Assembly (NCBI GenBank): GCA_963663805.2
Contig: CAXXMR010000018.1
Coordinates: 96,001 to 160,000 of the forward strand
Origin: Sedimentisphaerales bacterium
GTDB taxonomy: Bacteria > Planctomycetota > Phycisphaerae > Sedimentisphaerales > SM23-30
DNA length: 64,000 nt
Reading direction: 5' to 3'
The notes beneath the pieces were generated by a model. It saw only the letters and a program-made list of their open reading frames with translations, made no database searches and was not told the origin of the DNA. Positions 52,681-62,774 of the stretch are shown here, piece after piece; position 1 is the stretch's first letter, and every line of letters begins with the position of its first letter. Both the position numbers and the translations under genes were made by a program.

Positions 52681-53543
52681 GTTTTTTTGAAGTTGCGTGG
52701 TGAGGTGCCGCTCCAGCGCTTAAAAGCTGCTGAGAAGGAGAAGCTGTCGGTATATCCGACTAGTTCGGCGATTGTTCCCAGATTGAAGTTGGTGTTGACG
52801 ATCAGTTCCCGGGCTCGTTCCATTCTCATCTGAATAACTTTCTGCATGGGTGTCATGCCTAGATGTCTGGAGCAGATTCTGGAGAAATGGTCGGTTGAAT
52901 AATATAGTCCTGATGTTTCTTGCAGGCCTTCGACCGTCCAGGGCAGATGCAGCTGTGATCCTACTTTTTCGAAAAGTCGGGTGAGGGCCTGGGTGACGAT
53001 ATGGTCCTGTTTGTCGTCATTGAGGCCTAGCTCCCACTCCAGAAACATCAGGCTAAGTTCGGAAAGCAGTCTTAAAGTTTTTTGGGTGTAGGGTGAGCGC
53101 ACTTGCAGAGCCCAGAACAGTTCTTCTATGATAGGTCGGAATTTTTCGCCGAATACCGAATGTCTTACCGCTGGGCCGATAGTGCGAATCATGGACCAGG
53201 GTGCTTCGTCTCTTAGAGACCACCAGAGCAGTGTCCATGTTTCACCTTTAAGGCCAAACTGGTGGGGTATTTTTTTGGGTGAAATCCAAACCTGGCCAGC
53301 CGAGAGGTCCGTTTTGATGCCCTGTGTTTTGAGCCAGCCTTTGCCTTCCAGAGTATAGAGGAAGTGGTGGCAAAGAGGGTTTGAGCGGGCGGCTTCATAA
53401 ACTCCCTTGATATCGTTTATGCCAGCGAAGACTATGCCGTTGTTACGTAGTATCGATAATTCCGGTGATGATATGGGCAGCATTCTCTGGCGGCATTCGG
53501 GGCCGATATTGTAGGTTTCGTTATATGACTGTTTGACGACCAT
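52677..53543 (-). CDS. AraC-family regulator
   Basis: Cupin N-terminus; RMERARELI...IAELVGYTDSFSFSAAFKRWSGTSP. Confidence 0.92.
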   Translation of the reverse strand: MVVKQSYNETYNIGPECRQRMLPISSPELSILRNNGIVFAGINDIKGVYEAARSNPLCHHFLYTLEGKGWLKTQGIKTDLSAGQVWISPKKIPHQFGLKGETWTLLWWSLRDEAPWSMIRTIGPAVRHSVFGEKFRPIIEELFWALQVRSPYTQKTLRLLSELSLMFLEWELGLNDDKQDHIVTQALTRLFEKVGSQLHLPWTVEGLQETSGLYYSTDHFSRICSRHLGMTPMQKVIQMRMERARELIVNTNFNLGTIAELVGYTDSFSFSAAFKRWSGTSPRNFKKT

Positions 53544-53966
53544 TGTTTTTTTGGCGCCCGATAAAGGTTTGTGTGAACCGGTAGTTGCGACGTCGCATTT
53601 GTAGACGGGCGAAACCAGTCGTAATTCAACAGGCTTATAGTATCAGGTTTAATCTCGAAATACAACATATTTGTTGTTGTTGTAAAAAATGAGGGCAGCG
53701 GTTTGTTTTTATGTCTTTGCCAGGCTGTTCTTTTTCTTAAGTTGTTTACTAGAAATAGTTTGTGTGTGTATTTCGTGTGGTTTGGTTTCCCGGTTATGCG
53801 TACGTTTGGTCAGGTTTTCCTGGTTGTCGGAAAGTTTTGAGATAAATAATGTCGTTTATTATTATGTATTTGTCGGTTTTAATCATTTTGCAAAAGTCTT
53901 TTTATGATATGATTTACTATCGTGATGGCGATATTACTATCAGAGGCCATGAGGAGATACTGGCAA

Positions 53967-54752
53967 ATGAGACATTATTCTAAAAACCGGGGTTTTACGC
54001 TCATTGAATTATTGGTGGTTGTGGCGATAATCGCACTGCTGGTGTCGATTTTGCTGCCCAGCCTTGGTGCGGCGCGGGACCAGGCCAAAGCGGTTATGTG
54101 CATGTCGAATCAGCATCAGTTAGGGTTGGCTTTTCTGGCTTACACTCAGGAGCACAAAGGCAAACTTCCGCCAGCGGTACACTGGGACAACTGGTATGCT
54201 AAAGATGGTTATTACACCTGGGCAGGTCAGTTGTATTATGAAGAGAAGCTGATTCAGGATTCCGTGGTTTTTCATTGTCCGCGCACGGGGTTACCATCTG
54301 GTTATGATAAGAAGTGGAAGGGGCCAGTTGAGGGAACGGGGGCTCCTTATGTTCCCAGTACGAAATATCCTGACCAATATAATTGGGAGGCTCGGTGGAC
54401 ATATGGATTGCGTCTGGTAGATTTTTCCGGGGTGTCCATGAAGGAAATCAAGCTGGAGGAGATACGGATGCCGTCGGGATATTTTTTACTAACCGATACA
54501 GCCTGCCCGCTGAATTACAAGGAAGGTGCCACCTTGCTCCAGAATTATATTTTTGACACCTGGCATGTATTTTTCATGCTGCATCAGAACGGCACCAATA
54601 TTCTACACGCTGATGTTTCGGTTGGCAGATATGAAGAAGACGAGATAATTAATGTGGCATTACGAGACGATACGCTGGGGCCGTTCCAGTTTCCCGGCGT
54701 TCTTTATCCCAATGGCAAACAGTCGGGGGAAGAACTAAAAATTGGGAATTAG
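53967..54752 (+). CDS. prepilin-type N-terminal cleavage/methylation protein (DUF1559-like)
   Basis: [39 protein letters not shown]9-D tail. Confidence 0.9.
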   Translation: MRHYSKNRGFTLIELLVVVAIIALLVSILLPSLGAARDQAKAVMCMSNQHQLGLAFLAYTQEHKGKLPPAVHWDNWYAKDGYYTWAGQLYYEEKLIQDSVVFHCPRTGLPSGYDKKWKGPVEGTGAPYVPSTKYPDQYNWEARWTYGLRLVDFSGVSMKEIKLEEIRMPSGYFLLTDTACPLNYKEGATLLQNYIFDTWHVFFMLHQNGTNILHADVSVGRYEEDEIINVALRDDTLGPFQFPGVLYPNGKQSGEELKIGN

Positions 54753-54792
54753 TTGATAGTTGAGAGGATACACTTTTTTAAGGAGGTCTGTT

Positions 54793-56244
54793 ATGACTAA
54801 ACGAGTACTATTGATTGGATTATTTTCCGTTATGTTGTCTAGCCAGGTTTTGGCGGTCGGTTATTATGCCAGCGGTGTTACCGGTGTCTGGGACAATCCG
54901 GTAACCTGGGGTGGGGCCGGTTATCCGGTTGTCGGTGATACAGCCTATTTGAATCTGGGCAGCACAGTTAATGTTGATGGGACCGACGAAAGTGTTTATC
55001 AGATTCACTTTGCGTCGTGGTCGGGTAATTCTGATTTAGTCACGCTTAATATTACCAACAGCGGCAGTCTGACGGTTTCGGACTGGGCTTATCTGGGCGT
55101 AGCTGATGGCGATGTAGGCGAAATGAACGTTGTCGGCGGCGGGACATTTACCTGCGACAGTGCCATGAATGTCGGTTTTAACGGTACTTGTACGTTGAAT
55201 GTTAATGGCGGGACAGTTAATGCCAACGGCGGTTTGTTTACGCCCAACCCCTGGCAGGCGGCCGGCACCGGTGTGGGCACTATCAATGTTATTGACGGAA
55301 TTATTAACGTCTCGACAGATTTTGCTATGGGCAGCAGTGGCCTTATCAATATTGAATACGGCAAAATCAAAATCTATGGCTTGTGGTACGACACCCTGTT
55401 GACCGGTTACATAACCGGCAATCAAATAATCGGCTTCGGCGGGACCAGTTCCGTTGTTTTGAGCCATGAGGGAGACTATACCATTCTCAGTGCCGTTGAC
55501 CCGCTGCAGCCGGACCCGGTTGACGATGCCACGCTGTCAGCTGGCAGTTATACCATGCGTTGGGTTCTGCCTGAGCCGGAAGTATCAGGCGGTTCGGTAA
55601 GCTGCGATGTGTATTTTACGGACGACTATCCTGCCGCAGGCACGCCGGGCGACCCGAACTTTACCGATTATGCCGCCAAGATTGTGGATGCTCAGGTTCA
55701 GGAATCGATTGTGCGGACGCTTGAAGCCAACAAAGACTATTACTGGAGAATCGATATTTACGATACCAGCTCCAGCGAACCCCAACCTGCGGTCGGACAT
55801 GTATTGCATTTCGATACCAAGAACCAGGCTCCTACAGCCAATGCCGGTGCGGATGTTTATACCTGGTTGACCGGCGGGGTCGCCAGTGTTGATTTGCTGG
55901 GCAGTGTAACCGATGACGGTTTGCCCGGTCCTTATACGGTACAATGGCAGGTCACCAGTGAACCTGTTGCCGATGATGCTCAGTTGGACCCGGTTGCCGG
56001 AGACCAGCTCGCAGTAAACGTAACAATGACCCAACTAGGTGATTATGTTCTTGAACTGACAGCCGATGACGGCCAACGTACGGGAAGCGATTCGGTGGTA
56101 ATTCATGTCTATGAAGATAACTGCAAAGCCGCCCAAGGCGCCGGCATAGCTCTTTATGACAGCGACCTGAATGCCGATTGCGTTGTCGATTTGTTGGATT
56201 TGGCCTTGTTTGCCAGTGAGTGGCTTTTAGATATGAGCCTCTAG
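54793..56244 (+). CDS. secreted beta-rich protein with PKD-like and C-terminal dockerin-like domains
   Basis: Signal peptide; YYWRID; NQAPTANAG..DDGLP; SDLNADCVVDLLDLALFASEWL. Confidence 0.8.
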   Translation: MTKRVLLIGLFSVMLSSQVLAVGYYASGVTGVWDNPVTWGGAGYPVVGDTAYLNLGSTVNVDGTDESVYQIHFASWSGNSDLVTLNITNSGSLTVSDWAYLGVADGDVGEMNVVGGGTFTCDSAMNVGFNGTCTLNVNGGTVNANGGLFTPNPWQAAGTGVGTINVIDGIINVSTDFAMGSSGLINIEYGKIKIYGLWYDTLLTGYITGNQIIGFGGTSSVVLSHEGDYTILSAVDPLQPDPVDDATLSAGSYTMRWVLPEPEVSGGSVSCDVYFTDDYPAAGTPGDPNFTDYAAKIVDAQVQESIVRTLEANKDYYWRIDIYDTSSSEPQPAVGHVLHFDTKNQAPTANAGADVYTWLTGGVASVDLLGSVTDDGLPGPYTVQWQVTSEPVADDAQLDPVAGDQLAVNVTMTQLGDYVLELTADDGQRTGSDSVVIHVYEDNCKAAQGAGIALYDSDLNADCVVDLLDLALFASEWLLDMSL

Positions 56245-56380
56245 ATGATTGTTGTTGAAGTAAATGTGGTTGTATAAATGACGTTATCGCCGAAAGTTCA
56301 TCTGGTTAAACTTTACGGTCGTAAAAGTAAAAGTTTATCTGAGCTTTTGGCGGTTTCGTTAATAAAGTTGGTAGTGAGCT

Positions 56381-57685
56381 ATGACTAAACTTTCGAAAAT
56401 AATTATTGTTGGGGGCGGCAGCAGAGGTACGCTTTTTGCAAAGTATTTTGCCGAGCATCCGGGTAAAGCCAGAGTTGTTGGTGTGGCTGAGCCTCGGGAC
56501 TACCATCGCCAGAACATAGTTGCCCAGCATAAAATCCCCGCTGAAAATGTCTTCTATAGCTGGGAAGAAATTTTGGCTCGCCCTAAATTTGCCGACGCGG
56601 TGGTGATTACCACTCAAGACAAAATGCACACTGACTCCGCAATTGCCTTTGCGAATATGGGCTATCACATCCTGCTGGAAAAACCCATGGCAACCACTTT
56701 TGCGGATTGTGAAAAAATCGTACAAGCCGTGGTGGACAGCCATGTTATTCTGGCAGTCTGTCATTGCCTGCGTTATACAGCCGACACTCAAAAGGTCAAA
56801 GAAATCATTGATTCGGGCAAAATCGGAGACATTGTAAATATTCAGCGGCTCGAGCCGGTCGGTTACTGGCATCAGGCACATTCATTTGTGCGGGGCGAGT
56901 GGGCAAATTCAGTAAAATCATCCCCAATGCTGCTGGCTAAATCATGTCACGACATCGACTGGATTGCCTATGTCATGAATCGCGAATGCCTGGCAGTGTC
57001 ATCATTCGGAGACCTGGCCTTCTTTAAACGGGCTAACAAGCCCGCGGGTTCATCCTCAAGATGTATTAATTGTCCAGTCGAAAATGAGTGCCCGTATTCC
57101 GCTCAGAGATTGTATATGCAAAAACTCTCGGCCAAAGACTACACCTGGCCTCTGGATGTGGTGATTTCCGAATTTACGGAAGAGTCGCTTAATAACGCCC
57201 TGCGGTATGGCCCGTATGGCAAATGCGTTTTTGATTGTGATAACGATGTGGTTGATAATCAAGTTGTAAATATGCTGTTCGAGGGCGGGCGAACGGCTTC
57301 CTTGACAATGACCGCGTTTTGCGCTCATGAAGGAAGGAAAACCAATATTTTTGGCACCAAAGGCCATCTGACAATCGATGAGAAAGAAATACGTCATTTT
57401 GATTTCCGCAGTGACAAGGTCGATACTATTGTAATCGACAGTGAGCATTCTATGCTGGGTGGCCATGGCGGCGGCGACTATGCCCTGGCGGCAGCCTTTG
57501 TCGAAGCGGTGACCTGTAATGACCAGAGCAAGGTGCTCTCCGGTCCGTATGAAACACTGAATTCGCATAAAATAGTGTTTTGTGCCGAAAAAGCCCGCTT
57601 GACAGATTCGGTTGTAAGAATTAAAAACGCCTTTGTTGATGAAAATCAAATAGCTTTTCCCTCAAAAATAAAAGAGCTTATTTGA
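56381..57685 (+). CDS. Gfo/Idh/MocA oxidoreductase
   Basis: VGGGSRG, LLEKP, HSFVRG, AKSCHDID, GHGGGD. Confidence 0.92.
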   Translation: MTKLSKIIIVGGGSRGTLFAKYFAEHPGKARVVGVAEPRDYHRQNIVAQHKIPAENVFYSWEEILARPKFADAVVITTQDKMHTDSAIAFANMGYHILLEKPMATTFADCEKIVQAVVDSHVILAVCHCLRYTADTQKVKEIIDSGKIGDIVNIQRLEPVGYWHQAHSFVRGEWANSVKSSPMLLAKSCHDIDWIAYVMNRECLAVSSFGDLAFFKRANKPAGSSSRCINCPVENECPYSAQRLYMQKLSAKDYTWPLDVVISEFTEESLNNALRYGPYGKCVFDCDNDVVDNQVVNMLFEGGRTASLTMTAFCAHEGRKTNIFGTKGHLTIDEKEIRHFDFRSDKVDTIVIDSEHSMLGGHGGGDYALAAAFVEAVTCNDQSKVLSGPYETLNSHKIVFCAEKARLTDSVVRIKNAFVDENQIAFPSKIKELI

Positions 57686-57808
57686 TTTCGGGGACAACTT
57701 CGTCCTTTCAGTAAAATTGGTTAATGGGTTTTATTCACTTTGAACGGCAATAGCCAGCAGCAGACATAATCCGGGCAGGTTCACGATAGTAAATTTGAAA
57801 GTTGCTTC

Positions 57809-59572
57809 ATGGTCTTTATCGACTGGTTGATTGTTGGTTTTTATATCGTCTTTGCCATTGGCATCGGTGTTGCCTTTACGAAAAAGGCGAGCAAGAACAC
57901 GGATGATTTTTTTGTGGCCGGCCGGACATTGCCCTGGTTTGTGGCCGGCACCTCTATCGTCGCCACAACATTTTCCACCGACACCCCCCTTTTCGTGGCG
58001 GGAATGACTCGCGATTCAGGCATTGCCAGTAATTGGTTCTGGTGGGCTTTTGCGGTAGGGCAAATAGCAACGGTGTTTTTCTTTGCCGGGCTCTGGCGTC
58101 GTACGGGGGTTCTTACTGACCTGGAGTTTGTCGTAAAACGCTATGAAGCGTCCACCGCTCGCTCGTTTCTACGAGTATTCAAAGTTTTCTTTGACGGCAT
58201 ACTTGTTAATTGCACGATTGTCGCTTCGGTGACGCTGGCGATGGCCAAAATTCTCAAGGCTATGCTTCATTTGTCGGAAACGCCGATAGTGGACATACCG
58301 TTGTTTGGCCCCCTGACGCCTACCGGTCTGCTATTGATTGTTTTGGGTGGTTCGGCGGTTTTGTATTCCTGTATGTCCGGGCTTTATGGCGTGGTCTATA
58401 CGGATTTATTGCAGTTTGCGTTGGCGATGATTGGCTGTATCGGGTTGTCTGTGCTGGTTTATGTGGACGCTGATAAGGGCGGTGGGATTTTGGAGAAACT
58501 TTCCAGTTCTCCCGGATTTAATGATACCACCCTGAACTTTTTTCCCGATCTGTCATCTATGGACATGTTTAGTTTTGCTTTTGTGGTGTATATTTTCGTG
58601 GGGATTACGGGTGCCCAGGGGAACGGGTATTTTGTGCAAAGACTTTTGGCGACGCGTTCGGAAAAGGATTCTTTTCTGGCGTTTCTCTGGTACAATATCT
58701 GCCATTATGTTTTCAGGCCCTGGCCCTGGATTATTGTCGGCCTCCTGTCGCTTCATTATCTGCCGGACCTGCAAGATTCCGAAAGTGCGTTCCCGTTGAT
58801 GATGGACCGGTTTTTACCTGTCGGCTTAAAAGGGGTTATGGTGGCGTCTCTGCTGGCGGCGTTTATGAGTACTATTGACACGATGCTCAACTGCGGCAGT
58901 TCCTATATCATCAATGACCTATATAGACCGTTCCTGAACAAGGGTAAGGACGCAAAACATTATGTTTTCGCCTCGCGTATCAGCATGATTCTGCTTACCG
59001 TTATCGCGATGATTATCACCACCAAGCTTACCAGCATACTGGACGCTTATAAATATTTAAGTGTGATCTTAGGCGGTACCGGTACGGTTATGATTGCCCG
59101 GTGGTACTGGTGGAGGGTCAATGCTGTTTCGGAAATATCCGCGATTGTCGGCAGTTTCGTCGTTGGCAATATGATGGAGGTGTTTTTGCCCAGTACCGAA
59201 ACGACAGATTATTATGCGGTGAGAGTCCTGGTCAGCACCGTCGGTGTTACCGCTGTTTGGGTTATAGTGGCCCTGCTGACATCTAAAAAGCCGGATGCTC
59301 AGGCGATTGAGTTTTGTCGTCAGGTAAAAGTGCCGGGTCCGGGATGGCAAAAAGTTCGGGTTATGGAGCGGATGAAAACGCCGGAGAGCAGCTTGAAGCA
59401 AAGTTTGCTGGGCTGGGGGCTGTGTGTGATATTTGTTTACTCGCTTATGCTAGGAATCGGCAAGTGCATATTCCAGCAATGGCACTGGGCAGGTTTTTAT
59501 GCGGCGGCGACAATTTTAACGGGAATCGGGCTGAAACGTTCTATTGCGAAAATGGGTTTCATTTCGAGCTAG
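57809..59572 (+). CDS. sodium:solute symporter
   Basis: FFVAGRTLPW, GLYGVVYTD, QRLLA, AAFMST; multiple TM segments. Confidence 0.92.
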   Translation: MVFIDWLIVGFYIVFAIGIGVAFTKKASKNTDDFFVAGRTLPWFVAGTSIVATTFSTDTPLFVAGMTRDSGIASNWFWWAFAVGQIATVFFFAGLWRRTGVLTDLEFVVKRYEASTARSFLRVFKVFFDGILVNCTIVASVTLAMAKILKAMLHLSETPIVDIPLFGPLTPTGLLLIVLGGSAVLYSCMSGLYGVVYTDLLQFALAMIGCIGLSVLVYVDADKGGGILEKLSSSPGFNDTTLNFFPDLSSMDMFSFAFVVYIFVGITGAQGNGYFVQRLLATRSEKDSFLAFLWYNICHYVFRPWPWIIVGLLSLHYLPDLQDSESAFPLMMDRFLPVGLKGVMVASLLAAFMSTIDTMLNCGSSYIINDLYRPFLNKGKDAKHYVFASRISMILLTVIAMIITTKLTSILDAYKYLSVILGGTGTVMIARWYWWRVNAVSEISAIVGSFVVGNMMEVFLPSTETTDYYAVRVLVSTVGVTAVWVIVALLTSKKPDAQAIEFCRQVKVPGPGWQKVRVMERMKTPESSLKQSLLGWGLCVIFVYSLMLGIGKCIFQQWHWAGFYAAATILTGIGLKRSIAKMGFISS

Positions 59573-59758
59573 AAATGTCGAATAATGTCGGTTTTGCATA
59601 TGTTATTGTCGATTTTAGCTATTTATAATGAAAGCGTAGATATTGTATAATTCATAAAATGTTGTGTTCCGACAGGCTATGAGATGGTTGATTTTCTGTT
59701 ATAGACTATATCGGACGCAGATATGTTTTTAGAGGTTCTAACATAGGAGAAGGACAAA

Positions 59759-60529
59759 ATGTGTGCAAGAAGAGTTTTTTCTGTAGTGGCAGCGGTTTTG
59801 ATTATGTCAATGCCGGTTTTGGCAACGGGTTATTATGCCAGTGGTGTTACCGGTCTCTGGAACGACGCGGTTACCTGGGGCGGGACGGCCTATCCTGTCG
59901 CTGGTGATACCGCTTACCTCAATCTGGGCAGTACGGTTGAAGTAGACGGTACCGCTGAAGCCGTGACTGAGCTTCATTTCGCTTCGTGGTCGGGAAATTC
60001 TAACCTGGTAACGCTAAATATTGTTAATAGCGGAAGTTTGACAGTCTCAGGCTGGAGCTACCTGGGCGTGGCTGCCGGTGATGTTGGCGAAATCAATGTT
60101 GGAGCGGGCTCTACGCTTACCTGCGGTGGCGCTATGAATGTTGGCTTCAACGGCGATTGCACATTGAACGTTAATGGTGGAACAGTAAATGCGAACGGTG
60201 GTTTGTATACTTCCAATCCGTGGCAGACAGCGGGTACCGGGTCAGGGACCATCAATCTGAATGCCGGCGTTGTCAATGTTTATGATTTTGCCATGAGCGG
60301 CACCGGTCTTATCAATATCGAGGCGGGCGAGATGCGTATCTACGGTCTTTGGTGGGACGCGACCCTGCAAGGGTTGATGACCGCTAATCAGATTGTTGGT
60401 TATAATGGTACGCAGTCGGTTGATATCAGCTATGATGGCGATTTTACCGTATTGAGTGCCGTTCCTGAGCCAGCGACGATGTGCCTGCTCGCTCTGGGCG
60501 GAATTATGCTCAGGCGTAAAAGAAGTTAA
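59759..60529 (+). CDS. PEP-CTERM sorting-domain protein, paralog of the 54793 N-terminal domain
   Basis: Ends VPEPATMCLLALGGIMLRRKRS. Confidence 0.92.
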   Translation: MCARRVFSVVAAVLIMSMPVLATGYYASGVTGLWNDAVTWGGTAYPVAGDTAYLNLGSTVEVDGTAEAVTELHFASWSGNSNLVTLNIVNSGSLTVSGWSYLGVAAGDVGEINVGAGSTLTCGGAMNVGFNGDCTLNVNGGTVNANGGLYTSNPWQTAGTGSGTINLNAGVVNVYDFAMSGTGLINIEAGEMRIYGLWWDATLQGLMTANQIVGYNGTQSVDISYDGDFTVLSAVPEPATMCLLALGGIMLRRKRS

Positions 60530-60599
60530 TTGGTGAAACCACAATTAGTTTTTGCCGATAATTAGATGGTAAAACATAATTTATCATGGATGAACGAGG

Positions 60600-62114
60600 T
60601 TGATAGTGCATAAAAGAACTACGGTTGCAGTTATAGTTTTGTTTCTGACATTTTACGCTCAACTAGCTATGGGAGCGAATCTGAACTACACATCTACTGA
60701 CGATGTATTGTTCAACCCCGAACGTGGTCTGTATGTTTTCGGACCTATGGTCGATACGACGAATTATGATTACATTCGCAGTCAGGGATATTCGATTTGC
60801 TATGCCAGCATTATCCTGGAGGACTATGTTTCGAGTAATATCGCCCAGTCAAAACTGGATGAGATCGACCGGGCCTTTGGCCGGATAAGGGCCGCTGGCA
60901 TGAAGGCGTTTGTACGAATTGTCTATGATAATACTGGAGCCGGCCAGGACGCGACTATAACCTGGATGGAAACCCATTTGCAGCAGTTGCAACCGGTTCT
61001 GCTGTCTAATTCTGATGTGATTGCCTGGTTTCAGGCCGGCATGATAGGTGCCTGGGGCGAATGGCATTCTTCCACTAATAATCATCATCTCAACCCCCTG
61101 CCCGTCTGGAATTTGATTAAGCAGTATTTTCCGCCCGACAAGTTTGTGGCCATAAGAACTCCCACATTTGTTAATACTCTGGAAGGCCTTGACGCTAACC
61201 CGTTGACTGACCAGGACGCATTTAACGGCACCGGCCGGGCTCGAATTGCTCACCATAATGACTGCTGGCTGGCTAATGCACTGGATTACGGTACCTATCC
61301 CGCTGACCCTGCCGCAATGGAGGCACAAAAGGCACAGATTGAAAATCAATCGAAATATACTCCCTGGGGTGGAGAAACTTGTGCGGTAAGTGCCTATGCC
61401 AACTGCACCGTCGCGGTAGCGGAAGCCGCACGCTTTCATGCCACCTATATGAACGACAACTATCATCCTGATGTAATTGCCGGAATGACTGCCGATGGCT
61501 GCTGGCAGTCTCAATTTAAAAACAAGCTGGGCTATCGCTTTGAGTTGATTTCCAGCCAGTTCCCGGATAAGGTTTTCAAGGGTAAGGAATTTTCCGTTAC
61601 CATCAATCTGAAAAACGTGGGCTGGGCACCACTGTACAACGAACGCCCGGTATTTTTGAGAATGCTCAAGGGCAGTACTATTATTAAAGAGTATCGCCTG
61701 ACCAGTAATGCCGACCCACGCCGATGGCTGCCGGAAAACGGCACGATAACTATTTCGGAAGTCTTACGGGCACCGGAAACAATTGATTTTCAATACGTAA
61801 AGTTTGCCATTTGGCTGCCGGATAATGATACGGATTTACGGGCTCGGTCAGATTATTCTGTCCATTTTGCGAATTCCGGGGTTTGGGATTCATCAAAAGG
61901 CCATAATATTTTAACGGGCTTGATTCCTGTTAGCGAATTTATCAAGGGCGATTTCAATGATGACAAACAGGTCAATATGAGTGACCTGACGGCTCTGGCA
62001 GAGAACTGGCTGGCTTCATGCTTAGGGCCGGGCTGGTGCAGTTTTTGTGACTTAAATGAAAGCGGTCTGGTGGATTACGCCGATTTTTCCGAAATGGCCC
62101 AGAACTGGATGTAG
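60600..62114 (+). CDS. DUF4874/DUF4832 putative glycoside hydrolase with C-terminal dockerin-like repeat
   Basis: NPERG, GMIGAWGEWH, HNDCWL, GGETC, LGYRF, NVGWAPLYN; GDFNDDKQVNMSDL / DLNESGLVDYADF. Confidence 0.85.
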   Translation: MIVHKRTTVAVIVLFLTFYAQLAMGANLNYTSTDDVLFNPERGLYVFGPMVDTTNYDYIRSQGYSICYASIILEDYVSSNIAQSKLDEIDRAFGRIRAAGMKAFVRIVYDNTGAGQDATITWMETHLQQLQPVLLSNSDVIAWFQAGMIGAWGEWHSSTNNHHLNPLPVWNLIKQYFPPDKFVAIRTPTFVNTLEGLDANPLTDQDAFNGTGRARIAHHNDCWLANALDYGTYPADPAAMEAQKAQIENQSKYTPWGGETCAVSAYANCTVAVAEAARFHATYMNDNYHPDVIAGMTADGCWQSQFKNKLGYRFELISSQFPDKVFKGKEFSVTINLKNVGWAPLYNERPVFLRMLKGSTIIKEYRLTSNADPRRWLPENGTITISEVLRAPETIDFQYVKFAIWLPDNDTDLRARSDYSVHFANSGVWDSSKGHNILTGLIPVSEFIKGDFNDDKQVNMSDLTALAENWLASCLGPGWCSFCDLNESGLVDYADFSEMAQNWM

Positions 62115-62423
62115 CATAATGTCGGCTGGAATCCATCCACTCCCCATACCATTCGATTATCGGAAATTCAAAGAGCATATGATTTGCTGGCAGCCTCTCC
62201 ATAATCCTGCCCGAACTCTGGGCAGTACCACTGACTACCGGAGACAATCACGCGATTACCGTCAGCAACAATATTTTCTATGGAGCTATATTGATACGAC
62301 CCCTTGGCGATTATCTCCCAATATATGCCATCCCAGCGTACCAGCGTCGCTGGCCCTAAACCGACAATCGAGGAAAACTCCCCGCAGACAATCAACTCCC
62401 CAGCAAATAATGTTCCATTTTGC

Positions 62424-62695
62424 GTAAAGTTCCGGTAAACTACACCTCATATTGCGGCTGCTTTGTAGGGTTTGGGTGGGTGAAGTAAAACGAAGACTGC
62501 GAAAACCCCTCCCGCTCACAAAAAGCCCGAACCGATAACCCGCCCGCCTGATAAGTCTCCAGCACCATCCGCCAAAACTCCCGCCGAGAAACCTCAGATT
62601 CCAAACACCTGCCCATGACAATCTCCGTATCAATCATAGACACCATTATCAACTTTTCAAAGAACAAGACAAGATGCACTTGGCCGGAACGGCCT
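62424..62695 (-). mobile_element. ~272-bp IS66-derived MITE related to 19681-22162
   Basis: GTTCCGGCCAAGTGCATCTTG left end, first ~45 tnpA-like codons, then right end GGTGTAGTTTACCGGAACTTTAC. Confidence 0.85.
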
Positions 62696-62774
62696 CCTGA
62701 CAAACTTTGGTGTCAAGATAAACCTCGTCGGGAAAGTCCGCGCACTCGGTGGAGTTCTTTTTCCTTTTTTTAGC

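Noticed and set aside
62168..62395. 75-aa ORF next to the MITE
   Set aside because: May be a beta-propeller fragment (RWDG..W), but it is too short to call.
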